Source: a virus. From it: a stretch of DNA of 64,000 nucleotides. Within the stretch, counting starts at the first letter, position 1. Each line of letters begins with the position of its first letter. The stretch covers positions 1 through 64,000 of IMG/VR virus record IMGVR_UViG_3300028837_001398; one strand, 5' to 3'. Made by a program: the position numbers and the translations under genes. The notes beneath the pieces are model-generated. The model did no database searches. It was not told where the DNA came from and saw only the letters and a program-made list of their open reading frames with translations. Below are positions 35,415 through 44,411 of this stretch, piece after piece.

Positions 35415-36755
35415 CTAGCGTAGGGAGCGAGCGAATTCCTCCAGGTCATCCCTGACCCGGACTCCCTGCACGAACCTGGATAGGTCCGCCCCGATCTGCT
35501 TGAGCGCAGGACTGAGGGCCTCTCCGCCTCCGTTCGGCGAGGGCGGACCGTCATGGCCCGGCGTCGCGTCCCGGAGAGCCTTGAGGGCGTCAATCAGTTG
35601 CGTCAGATAGTCGGGGTTCGACAGGCGGCCACCGGTGATGTCATCGCGCATGGCCGCGAAGCGCCTCACGGCAAGGGCATAATCGTTGCCCTTCACTCCC
35701 GTCACTCGTGCGAGTCTGTTCATCCCCCAGGTGACGGGGGAATAATCCATCAGATGCACCTCGATGAGATCGCGGATCCCCGTCTCCTCATCCGTCAAGG
35801 CCTTCACGGTGTTGTAGCCGATGCTCATCTCCTTGACCGCACCATCGTGGAGAAGGACGAGCGCATCATTGCCCCTGCTCGTCCTGGAGATGTAGCTACG
35901 CGTGAAAAGACCAGACGAGTCCTCCTCGACCACCCGGGGTACACCTATCGGCCAGAACCAGTCATGCTGCCAGCAGAAGCGGATGTCCTCGAACGACTCC
36001 GCAAGGGTCTTCTCGAACATCCCGCGGTTCGCCCGGTCCTGGCCCTCGTCGACGTTGCCGAAGATAGAGACGTATGCCTCAACGATCCGGCCTTCCTCAT
36101 CCACCTTGAACTCACTGGGGTATGACTTGAACTCCATGCCGCCTTCGATGCTGGTGGCCTTGCTCTTCCAGGGTGCTTGCACTGTCTCGTCCTCCCACTC
36201 CCGCCGCATCTTCGCGTAGTAGCGGCCGATGTGCGCCTTGACCTTCGACGCGTCCGACTCCGGTATGTCCACGCCGCCGCGGGCCCCCTGTATTGCGGCT
36301 GCCGCCGCGAACACACCGCGCGGCACTGCCACCAGCGAGCCCTCGATCACGTCCGCAAACTGGAGCTTGTAGGCCCCGAATGTATCCGCGGCCCCACCAT
36401 CGAACCAGAAGAAGGCGCGGCGGTACTTGGCGTTCGGCTTCTCATCTGCCTCCGACCACTTGCGCACCCGCTTGTCGGCCGCGGTCTTATCCCAACGCCG
36501 GCCGCGGGGTCCCAGCGGCAGATCGCCAAAGGACGTAGCACCCTTGACCGTCACGGTGGCGCGGGCAGAGGCGCTTTCCAGTTCATCTTTCCCAACCATT
36601 GGCGTACCGCAGTCGGGACACTCCATCTCCGAGCACGCCACACCCCGCTCGTGCTCGGCTTCTGTCCCACATTCCGGGCAGACACACGTATCGGTCCCGC
36701 CGTCCCCCTGCCGCGGGCCGCCAACGCCGCGCCCGTCACCACGTCCCTTATCCAT
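35415..36755 (-). CDS. HK97-family prohead protease with N-terminal Zn-ribbon and helical domains
   Basis: Y.SIFGNVD; WQHD...PIG; MSIGY; L.DYSPVTWGMN. Confidence 0.9.
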   Translation of the reverse strand: MDKGRGDGRGVGGPRQGDGGTDTCVCPECGTEAEHERGVACSEMECPDCGTPMVGKDELESASARATVTVKGATSFGDLPLGPRGRRWDKTAADKRVRKWSEADEKPNAKYRRAFFWFDGGAADTFGAYKLQFADVIEGSLVAVPRGVFAAAAAIQGARGGVDIPESDASKVKAHIGRYYAKMRREWEDETVQAPWKSKATSIEGGMEFKSYPSEFKVDEEGRIVEAYVSIFGNVDEGQDRANRGMFEKTLAESFEDIRFCWQHDWFWPIGVPRVVEEDSSGLFTRSYISRTSRGNDALVLLHDGAVKEMSIGYNTVKALTDEETGIRDLIEVHLMDYSPVTWGMNRLARVTGVKGNDYALAVRRFAAMRDDITGGRLSNPDYLTQLIDALKALRDATPGHDGPPSPNGGGEALSPALKQIGADLSRFVQGVRVRDDLEEFARSLR

Positions 36756-37695
36756 GCTTCTTCTCCTCTGCTGGCACCGACCTGTCGATTCCGCTCAGGT
36801 TGTGGCCGATGCCGCAACGCTTCAACACCATCGGGGCGAGGTCTATCTGTGCCGCCTCCTCTGATCGCAGGGAGTATGTGGATTGTTTCAGCGCCAGGAC
36901 ACCGCGCAAGCTCTCAGGCAAATCACTCCCGTGTCCCCGACCCCGTCCGTCTGGTTGCGCCGCTGCCGAGCAATCCAGCCCGTGATCCGAGAACACGATG
37001 GTGGCCTCCGGCTCAAGCGCATCGACGACATTCTCGACCGAATCCAGGATCCCAGCGATGATAGCGGCTCGCGCTCCCCCGTCCTGCATTGCCGAATATG
37101 CGTAGTGGCAGAGCCGGTCCAAGTCCATGATGCCGAGGAACGCCAGCATAGGCTCATGCCGGCGGACCCCCGCGATGAAGGTGCGTACAAGCCGCTCGCG
37201 CCGGTCCGCACATCCCTCAACGTGTTCTTTCGCCGCGGTCTGGAGCAGCTTCTTTCGCACGTCATTCCCTGCCACAGCCAGTTCGTGCTCGTTCGAGAAG
37301 TCCAGATCCTCGTAGCTCCACTGCTCCTGCGGCGGCTGCACGAAATGCTGACGGCCAGCAGGGTAGCCGCTGACCAGCACTCCCGCCGTGGGCCCGGGCC
37401 GTATCAGGAAGGGCCAGTTAACGATGACCAGCCGCCCGCCCGCAGCCTGCAGCCGTTCCCACAAATAGAGCGGCCGTTGCTTGCCTCTCCGCCCGAACTC
37501 GACATAGCTGTTCGGGTTTTCCGTCAGGCCCCACGTAGAAGCGTCCACCCCCGTCCCGAGGGTGTTCCATGCGAGCCAGCTGACCGGCTTCGGCGCGAGT
37601 AACGGGGCGACATCGAATCCGCGGTGCCTCAGCGCGCCGGACCATGCCCAGCTATAGCCGTCTATGCCAATCAGCAGAATCATCGTTCGCCCCAT
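36748..37695 (-). CDS. alkaline-phosphatase-superfamily nucleotide pyrophosphatase/phosphodiesterase
   Basis: IGIDG, P.S..AW.TL.TG, DRLCH, FSDHG, GHG. Confidence 0.8.
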   Translation of the reverse strand: MGRTMILLIGIDGYSWAWSGALRHRGFDVAPLLAPKPVSWLAWNTLGTGVDASTWGLTENPNSYVEFGRRGKQRPLYLWERLQAAGGRLVIVNWPFLIRPGPTAGVLVSGYPAGRQHFVQPPQEQWSYEDLDFSNEHELAVAGNDVRKKLLQTAAKEHVEGCADRRERLVRTFIAGVRRHEPMLAFLGIMDLDRLCHYAYSAMQDGGARAAIIAGILDSVENVVDALEPEATIVFSDHGLDCSAAAQPDGRGRGHGSDLPESLRGVLALKQSTYSLRSEEAAQIDLAPMVLKRCGIGHNLSGIDRSVPAEEKKHG

Positions 37696-38867
37696 GCCAG
37701 AATTGCTTCCCAGCGCTGGATCAGGGCCGCCTGCGCGTGTCCCCAGTACGGGTAGCCCCAGAAAGACTCAGGGGACCAGTCGGGCAACCACGCCCCCTCT
37801 GGCACCAAATATGCCTCCATGCGCGCAACATGCTCGCAGACGGCCTGCCACTGCCCTGGTGTCTGATCACCCACCTGCCAAGTGTCCCCAGCCCTCATAT
37901 CCACGGTGAAGCCCCGCCCCGAATGGGGACCGTGACCGAACGAGAACGCGGCCCTCCTGGACATCGCCGCCTCCAGCAGAACATTGCTGTTGATCGCGGC
38001 GACTGCCGAGCTCATGCGGAGCAGATCATGGATGCTCTCGTTGGCGGACAGCCACATCCCGCCCTTAGCCTCCACCTCCATCTTGCAGAGCCGCCGTTGC
38101 TCCGCGAACTCTGGCTCCCACTCGATTCCCTCAGATGCTGGATGCTGTTTCACGAGTACGGGCCCGGGCCAGGTTAGGCACTTGCAGATGAAGTCGCGCT
38201 GGCAAGCGAACTCGGTGTGCTGGTAGACAGCCGCCCCATCTGCTTCGAGCTGCATCGCTACCAACAGCGCCGGGCCTGCCTTGCAGAACTCCTGCACGCG
38301 TTCCGATGGCTTACCGCCCTGGTGATGCTTGCTCAGCCGCGCGTCGCGCCATAGATCGATGATCGCCTTGCCCCGCCAGCCCCCAACACGAACATGCCGC
38401 AGGCCATCCCATCCGCACGGGCCGGTCACGTAGCCGCCGAGCATATCGAAGATGCGCGTCTGCGGCAGCCACCCATGTTCACAGTGTATGACTGGAATCC
38501 CGCGCTCGCGCGCCAGTAGCGTCCACACAGCCTGATCGGCATTCCCACAGTTCCACAGCAGGATAGCTGCCGTTCGCTCCCGGTCCAGATACTCCCCGGC
38601 GGCGAACCAGAAGCGGGCCACGACATCCAGGATCTCGTCCTGGTCGGCCCCCGATACCTCGGATCGCCGCATTTCCTTCGGCGCTAGCCGGCGCAGGATG
38701 TCGTCTTCAACCTGCTTCCGCGGGCCGCCGCGCCACTCCCCGAGAAATGCCATTTGCACCACATGCTCGGCCGCGATCTCGGGCGGTATCTGCGCCATCC
38801 AATCCGCAGGCATGGGCGCTGGCGGTGGCCCCTCGGCGTGCCAGTCTATCGGGATAATGATCCTCAC
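37680..38867 (-). CDS. capsule-biosynthesis (KpsC/KpsS-like, GT-B) protein
   Basis: WN.G, EHGWLP, Q...D, VKQHP, SIHDLL, INSNV.LEA; GTGA coupling to the portal gene. Confidence 0.8.
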   Translation of the reverse strand: MRIIIPIDWHAEGPPPAPMPADWMAQIPPEIAAEHVVQMAFLGEWRGGPRKQVEDDILRRLAPKEMRRSEVSGADQDEILDVVARFWFAAGEYLDRERTAAILLWNCGNADQAVWTLLARERGIPVIHCEHGWLPQTRIFDMLGGYVTGPCGWDGLRHVRVGGWRGKAIIDLWRDARLSKHHQGGKPSERVQEFCKAGPALLVAMQLEADGAAVYQHTEFACQRDFICKCLTWPGPVLVKQHPASEGIEWEPEFAEQRRLCKMEVEAKGGMWLSANESIHDLLRMSSAVAAINSNVLLEAAMSRRAAFSFGHGPHSGRGFTVDMRAGDTWQVGDQTPGQWQAVCEHVARMEAYLVPEGAWLPDWSPESFWGYPYWGHAQAALIQRWEAILAWGER

Positions 38868-41038
38868 GCGCTCAGCCCCTCCACGATATGCCCGACTGTG
38901 CATCGGCACGCGATGACCTCAGCCGCCGGTGCGCCTGCCTCATTTGGATACAGCAACCCGTTGGAAAATGCCTCCTCCATCCCTACGATCTCCCCATTCA
39001 CCGCAGCGTGCGAATCCCGCACCCGAGAGTCCCCGGAACTGATCCACTCCTTGAGCACGACGGCATCCGTCTCTTTGACGACCTGCCGGGCCCCCTCGTG
39101 GTGCCCGAAGTTCACCGCCGCACCCGCCTCCGTCCGGGCGATCATGAAGCTCCGGCTCCGGTCCAACGGCGAGTCCCCTTTGCCTGCCCAGTTCGCGTAG
39201 GCCTCGCGGATCCGCCGCGCGATATCCGCCGCGCCCTCATTCTGCGACACCCCCGCGGCCACGGCCTCGGCAATGGCATCCTTCGTCGTTTCTGACATAA
39301 TGGATATGTGTTCGGCAGTCGTGGTCCGAATGAAGTGGTCCACTTCCGGGTCATCGAAGTTGAACGCCCAGGAACGTTCCTTGCCCTCCCACTCCTTCCG
39401 TTCGAGGTCTCCCATATTCGGGGCCGCCTTGGGCAACGCCCGAATGATTCGCCTGCCCTCAAGCGTCCCGAAGTGCTTCACCATAGCCCCATAGACAGTG
39501 AGCCAGTAGCCCGTCCACGATGTTGCTGCCAGGTTGATCGCTCCAGTGATCGCGCCCTGGCCACCATCCTCGTACGCGGCCGCGACCTGCTCACCCTCGG
39601 CCCCGAATATCTCCGCCACCCCCTCAGCTACCCGCTGCTCCCACCGGGCCCGGTCGTTGTCGAAGGCTTTGTAGTAGGCCGCCTTCTCCTGCTCAGGCAT
39701 CCCCGCTTTCGTCTCGATCGCCGGGACCGCCCTCTTCCCCACGACACCCGTTCCCATACCTGGCGCCCCGGGCTCCTTGCCCCCCCACGCTAGATCGCCC
39801 CCGGGAACCAGGTGGAAGCCTAACTCCATGCGCTGGTTCAGTTCATTGAACGGCACACCCATCTCCCAAGCCTCGCGTGCAGACTTGAGGGCCTCTCTCC
39901 AGATCTCTTGCATCGCCGGCACGCCGGACACGTCATATCTAACGCGAATGACCTTCTTCGTCGGATCGCTCAGGCCCTCAGGATTCCAGTACGGAGTGAA
40001 CTTGAGGTCCAACGCGTCGGCAATGTCATCGAGAAGCGGAATGATCGTATCCTGCCAGAACATACGGCGGCCTGTCGCCATGTTGTTGAACGTTGTCCGC
40101 TCCTGCGTGACTAACACGACGGGGACGCCGAACACGTTGCAGATGCTGGCAACGTTGAAGTAGCGGCTCTTCAGAAAATCCATCTCGACCGGGCTGAGAG
40201 ACATCTGCGTATAGCTAGCATCTGCCCCCAGCACCCAGGGCATATGAGCGTTGGCGGCTCCCGTGTGCTGCTCCCGCACGTGTTCGCGTGCAGTCTCCCA
40301 TTGCTCGTCGGTCAGCGGATACTTGAATGCGAAGAGTCCATCGGTCACGGCCCGGTTTTGCAGGCTGATCTTGTTCCAGCGCACCGCCTCCACGTCGGTA
40401 TCCACCGTCTGCATGGCAGCCCGAAGCGGGGCCAGTCCCCAGAACGGATTCGCCGGGTCGATGAATTGGAGGTGACATATCTCAGCCGCGTCCAGCCGGA
40501 TCTTCTTGCTGCCAAGATGGTATTGATACCCAGCGAGTTCGAGCCCCCGCCCGCTCGGCAGCGGCTTGATCTGATCAGCGGGAAGCGGCACCAATTGGAG
40601 CGGAATCCCCTTGCTGTTCCGCTCAATATGCCAGAAGGCGTTCCCGCCGAGGTACAAATGGTGTGCCGTCCGCTCGAACAGATCCTGACGGCTCATCTGC
40701 GGATTCGGCTGCGCGAGTAAGTTGCCGAGTGGGTGCGTGTCGTCGCGCTCCCACTCGTCCTCACTCACCCGCTGCTCCACAAACCAGGGAACCGAAGACA
40801 TGGCAGATGCCAGCTTCCTCACGCACGAGTAGACCCACTCCGAGGCCTTCAGGCCGTTGCGGATCGCGCTCTCCGTGCTCCACTCGGTCCACACGGGTCG
40901 GGCGACCTGCTGGGGCGGTATGAGTGCCAGCGACTCCCGTGCCGCCCGCGCCGCGGCCTTGGCGGCCGCGGTACGCTGCGAGGGCGTCAGCGGCGGTGAC
41001 TTGCCGAGTATCCCCGCCAATCTCTCTCTCAGGCCCAC
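38864..41038 (-). CDS. HK97 portal protein fused to a Mu-F minor head domain
   Basis: VYSCV, PNP.MS, L.GNA, G.APL, ICNVFGVP; C-terminal IARTE, KEW..SGDSRVRDSH, PAAEVIACRC. Confidence 0.93.
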   Translation of the reverse strand: MGLRERLAGILGKSPPLTPSQRTAAAKAAARAARESLALIPPQQVARPVWTEWSTESAIRNGLKASEWVYSCVRKLASAMSSVPWFVEQRVSEDEWERDDTHPLGNLLAQPNPQMSRQDLFERTAHHLYLGGNAFWHIERNSKGIPLQLVPLPADQIKPLPSGRGLELAGYQYHLGSKKIRLDAAEICHLQFIDPANPFWGLAPLRAAMQTVDTDVEAVRWNKISLQNRAVTDGLFAFKYPLTDEQWETAREHVREQHTGAANAHMPWVLGADASYTQMSLSPVEMDFLKSRYFNVASICNVFGVPVVLVTQERTTFNNMATGRRMFWQDTIIPLLDDIADALDLKFTPYWNPEGLSDPTKKVIRVRYDVSGVPAMQEIWREALKSAREAWEMGVPFNELNQRMELGFHLVPGGDLAWGGKEPGAPGMGTGVVGKRAVPAIETKAGMPEQEKAAYYKAFDNDRARWEQRVAEGVAEIFGAEGEQVAAAYEDGGQGAITGAINLAATSWTGYWLTVYGAMVKHFGTLEGRRIIRALPKAAPNMGDLERKEWEGKERSWAFNFDDPEVDHFIRTTTAEHISIMSETTKDAIAEAVAAGVSQNEGAADIARRIREAYANWAGKGDSPLDRSRSFMIARTEAGAAVNFGHHEGARQVVKETDAVVLKEWISSGDSRVRDSHAAVNGEIVGMEEAFSNGLLYPNEAGAPAAEVIACRCTVGHIVEGLSA

Positions 41039-41085
41039 AATCCCTCACCCGTCATCGTCCGCGATCCTCATGCCTCACCTGCTGG

Positions 41086-41155
41086 CCAAAAGAAAAGCGC
41101 CCAGGGATACCATTCCCTGAGCGCGTTAGCGGTCTGCCCGTCGACCCGCCCTAGT
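41086..41155 (-). promoter_or_regulatory. attenuator-like leader RNA before the portal gene (repeat copy 1)
   Basis: GCGCTCAGGGA...TCCCTGGGCGC-TTTTCTTTTGG with an upstream GCGG/CCGC stem; near-copy at 48116-48185. Confidence 0.75.
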
Positions 41156-41238
41156 CAGAACCCCAAATTGTCTGCCGCTCGGCGCCGCCCTCCGGTCTGC
41201 CCAGTCAGGCAGCCACCTCAGCGCGGACCATCACGGCC

Positions 41239-41269
41239 ATTATACCACGCCACGCGGCGATTCTGTCAA
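41239..41269 (-). promoter_or_regulatory. promoter with 19-bp spacer upstream of the portal gene
   Basis: TTGACA-19bp-TATAAT, with TGG before the -10. Confidence 0.65.
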
Positions 41270-41574
41270 GCGACCTGCGCGGGCTTCAGCCCCCGGCCGA
41301 ACCTGACGCGCCTCGTGATGCCCTCACGGTGCGTCTCGTCAGCGAGGATGGGTTCGCCCCGCTCGACCTGCACAAGAGTCAACTTCGCATCCCCGAGTTG
41401 CGTGCACAGGTCGAGAAACTCCGCCTGCGCGCCCGTCACGACGCGCAGCTCCGAACCCGCGGGCAGTTTGACGCCAGCCGCGTCGAGCAGTTCCGCCAAT
41501 GCCTTCGCCGCCCTCTGCGCCCTGTCAGCTATGATCCGTACCTCCCCCATGCGGCAACTGAATCTGTGATCCAT
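41266..41574 (-). CDS. small DUF2292/YezD-like protein
   Basis: GDAKLTLVQVERGEPILAD...RRVRF; paralogue at 52692-52970. Confidence 0.55.
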   Translation of the reverse strand: MDHRFSCRMGEVRIIADRAQRAAKALAELLDAAGVKLPAGSELRVVTGAQAEFLDLCTQLGDAKLTLVQVERGEPILADETHREGITRRVRFGRGLKPAQVA

Positions 41575-41614
41575 GGATCCACGTAGGCGTCATAGAACCA
41601 CGTCTGCCAGCGGC

Positions 41615-42349
41615 TCATCGCGCCTGTGCCTTCGTCGCCACAAAGAACATGTATGCCCCCCTCAAGTCTGCCGCCCTGTCCAGCGGCGAGAATCGACCTG
41701 TTGCCGGGTGCTGCCGCTCCAAGCTCAGGACCCCGAACCCTTGTGCTGCCAAGGCATCCTCGACCTCCGCAAGCGTATACTCCCGCGCATGGTACGGGTT
41801 GCCCTGGGGCTTGTGTGGCGTCGAGAGCACGAGCAGTCCCTCCGGACGCAGGACCCGAGCGGCATCGGCCAGGAGCGGTGCCGGATCAGTGAAGCGCTCC
41901 AGCGTCTCGAGGCAGACGAAGGCGTCCACCGATCCGGGCTCCGGGATGATCGGCCACGGCCTTGCCGTGAGATCAGCCCGTACCCAGAGGATCCGCGAGT
42001 GGGCGTAGTGGAGCATGGCATAGCCACATAGCACAGGGTTGCGCTCCAGTGCCCAGACGTTGGCACCCACTATCGCCTCCGCCAGCACGTAGGCGCCATA
42101 CCCGACGCCAGAACCAGCGTCGATGATCAGGCTCGCTCCATGCGTGCCATCGGATATCCTATCGGCAGCGTGCTCGTAGCGCGCGACGTGCGCGGGGTAC
42201 CGTCGTCTCACCGCCTCCACCGTCGGGCAGCTCGCCGCAAACCGCGCCGCTACAACTTGCTCCGGCTCCGCCTTGAAGCCACCGCGGCGTTCAATTTCAG
42301 CCACCATCCCATCTGGTATCTTTCCTGCCATTGCCCTCTCCTTCACCAA
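41615..42349 (-). CDS. class I SAM methyltransferase (Methyltransf_11-like)
   Basis: HVARYEHA, DAGSGVGYG, LETLE, LSTP, NPYHAREY. Confidence 0.85.
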   Translation of the reverse strand: MVKERAMAGKIPDGMVAEIERRGGFKAEPEQVVAARFAASCPTVEAVRRRYPAHVARYEHAADRISDGTHGASLIIDAGSGVGYGAYVLAEAIVGANVWALERNPVLCGYAMLHYAHSRILWVRADLTARPWPIIPEPGSVDAFVCLETLERFTDPAPLLADAARVLRPEGLLVLSTPHKPQGNPYHAREYTLAEVEDALAAQGFGVLSLERQHPATGRFSPLDRAADLRGAYMFFVATKAQAR

Positions 42350-42356
42350 GCCCAGC

Positions 42357-43070
42357 TTATTCGGCCACGGCTATCCATCCAGCGAAGTTCATCCAACGCC
42401 AGAAGCAGTCAACGGTCTGGAATCCCGCCATCCGAAGCAGTTCCTCGTTCCATGCCGCCGTAACCGGAACCAGTACCCCCTCCAGCGACAGACGCTTGCG
42501 CTTGATCTGATCTTCCGTGTACCCCTGGCGCCGTTTCATGTCGAGATACTCTGCGACGAAGGCCTTGTCGAGTCGAGCATTGGCACCGAGCACCTTCTCC
42601 ACAACGATAAAGGCACCACCAGGCACCAGGCAGTCGTGCGCGTCCTGGACGATGCGTTGCCGGTATTCGATTGGGACGAACTGGAGCGTCAGGATCCCCA
42701 TGACGACGCTCGCCCTCTCTGGAGGAAAGGTCTCCCGCAGATCGAGTTCCCTGATGTCCACAATCCCAGAACTCATATAGCCATTGAACCGTTCCCGCGC
42801 GGCAGCCAGCATTGGCTCTGACACGTCGACCCCGACGAATCGACACTGCGCACCGAACTTGTCCACGAACGGCTGCAGCGCTTCTCCCCTGGAACACCCA
42901 AGGTCGACGATGCTCGTGCCGGGCTCTACATGCCGACAGCCGAGACGGAAGACTGTCTCGCGCATGACTTCGTACTGAGGTATGCTCCGCCTCAGCATGT
43001 CATCGAAGACGGCCGTCACATCGCCGTCGAACGTCCAGTGCTTGCCGGGTAGTACAGAGTCGTGTCCCAT
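42357..43070 (-). CDS. cmoA: carboxy-SAM synthase CmoA-like protein
   Basis: WTFD..V..VFDDMLRRSIPQY, DLGCSRG, TLQFV, EKV, KRLSLEGVL.P, AGF...W.NF. Confidence 0.85.
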   Translation of the reverse strand: MGHDSVLPGKHWTFDGDVTAVFDDMLRRSIPQYEVMRETVFRLGCRHVEPGTSIVDLGCSRGEALQPFVDKFGAQCRFVGVDVSEPMLAAARERFNGYMSSGIVDIRELDLRETFPPERASVVMGILTLQFVPIEYRQRIVQDAHDCLVPGGAFIVVEKVLGANARLDKAFVAEYLDMKRRQGYTEDQIKRKRLSLEGVLVPVTAAWNEELLRMAGFQTVDCFWRWMNFAGWIAVAE

Positions 43071-43143
43071 TCAAGTTCTCTCCAATCGCTGGTAGGGCAT
43101 AGCGACGTAGCCGCCCCCAGGTTTGATCTCGTGGAGCAGATCC

Positions 43144-43407
43144 TCAGTCGGTAGGAGCTTCACCGTCGCCCTGCCATTCTGGTTCTGGTTTCGCGTCTGG
43201 CGGCAGTTGCCGCGGGCCGCCCCTCTCCTCTACTGGCCGAGCGCGCTTCCTCATCGCTCTTCCCCCTATCGTTGAGGTCAAGTCCTGGACATAATGCCAG
43301 ACGGAGATGAGTAGCACAGCAGCGTACAGCAGGAACCCGATAGCGCACAGTACAAAGCCGGCCTTGACCACAAGGAGCAACTCCCCTAGCATCTCTCTAC
43401 CCATCAT
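43144..43407 (-). CDS. membrane hypothetical protein
   Basis: N-terminal TM helix. Confidence 0.5.
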   Translation of the reverse strand: MMGREMLGELLLVVKAGFVLCAIGFLLYAAVLLISVWHYVQDLTSTIGGRAMRKRARPVEERGGPRQLPPDAKPEPEWQGDGEAPTD

Positions 43408-43822
43408 CGTTCGGCCTCAATTGCCTCTGGCACTCTGCCTCCTTGAGCAAGGCCTCGAACGTGTCGTCGTCCAGGTGGATGGGCAGTAGCGGCTTACTCG
43501 TCACCACGACCTTGCCCTTCTGCAACCTCGCGAGGTCTACCACCGTCCCGCTTGGCAATCCCTTGAGCTCGTCGCTCAATCTGTCAGCGGCAGAACTACG
43601 AACTGAGCCGACCCGCATCCAGCCAGCCCGTAACGTCGGAGGGTTGCCCACCCACAGCGACACGTAGACGCGCGGCCCCTCACCAAACTGTCTCACCTCG
43701 CCGATTTCAGGCATCCTGCGCCACCCTTCCGTTTCTCGTGTCGTTGGCGCCCGGAGTACTTCGGTCACGCGGCCGTTCCCGAAGCACTGCCTCAGCCATC
43801 TCCGCGAAGTGCAATCGGCCAT
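43397..43822 (-). CDS. hypothetical protein
   Basis: Operon context; start uncertain. Confidence 0.45.
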   Translation of the reverse strand: MADCTSRRWLRQCFGNGRVTEVLRAPTTRETEGWRRMPEIGEVRQFGEGPRVYVSLWVGNPPTLRAGWMRVGSVRSSAADRLSDELKGLPSGTVVDLARLQKGKVVVTSKPLLPIHLDDDTFEALLKEAECQRQLRPNDDG

Positions 43823-44411
43823 CCGTCACCCCGCCGAACAGCCTCTCCACCGCATTCATCACGGGCAGCGACACAGCGGCGTCCTTGCGTGCTACCTCCC
43901 ACCCCTTCGCTGTCAGCGGCCGCGTTGCTACGAGGAACCACTGCCCCCCGATCTTCTGATACCGCCAGCCTCGCCACACAATAAACAACCACTGCCAAAG
44001 GCGTCGCATATAGGCTCCTCTCAGAACTCGACAGCGCTCTCTACGTTCCCATCTTGCTCGATCACCGACTTGCACGGCACATACGCTGTTCTTCCGCAAA
44101 GCCGTTGCGGGAATCTCCAGCATGAAGTCCTCGCTTGGAAGCCGCGCCTCAGTCCATTGCCTCGCGAGACCTGGGCGTCCTGGCATTGCGACCTTCAGCT
44201 TGACATGGAGAGCAGAGAATAGGATGCAGGCCGGTTGCTCACCATGTCCGCAGCAACTGGCTTCCGTGCGAAAGCCAGTCCGATTCAGTTCCAGGATCAG
44301 CGGGGCCAAACACCTGTCGGCACAAGCCAACCTCTTGAAACCCGGCAGGCGCAGGGCTACAGACGAACGAGGATCGCCCAATGGGACGCATCTATCGCTG
44401 TGCTCATTCAC
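43707..44411 (-). CDS. hypothetical protein with T.ASCCGH motif
   Basis: D.CLA.LI.ELN..G.RT.ASCCGHG, a recurrent phage motif. Confidence 0.55.
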   Translation of the reverse strand: MNEHSDRCVPLGDPRSSVALRLPGFKRLACADRCLAPLILELNRTGFRTEASCCGHGEQPACILFSALHVKLKVAMPGRPGLARQWTEARLPSEDFMLEIPATALRKNSVCAVQVGDRARWERRERCRVLRGAYMRRLWQWLFIVWRGWRYQKIGGQWFLVATRPLTAKGWEVARKDAAVSLPVMNAVERLFGGVTDGRLHFAEMAEAVLRERPRDRSTPGANDTRNGRVAQDA

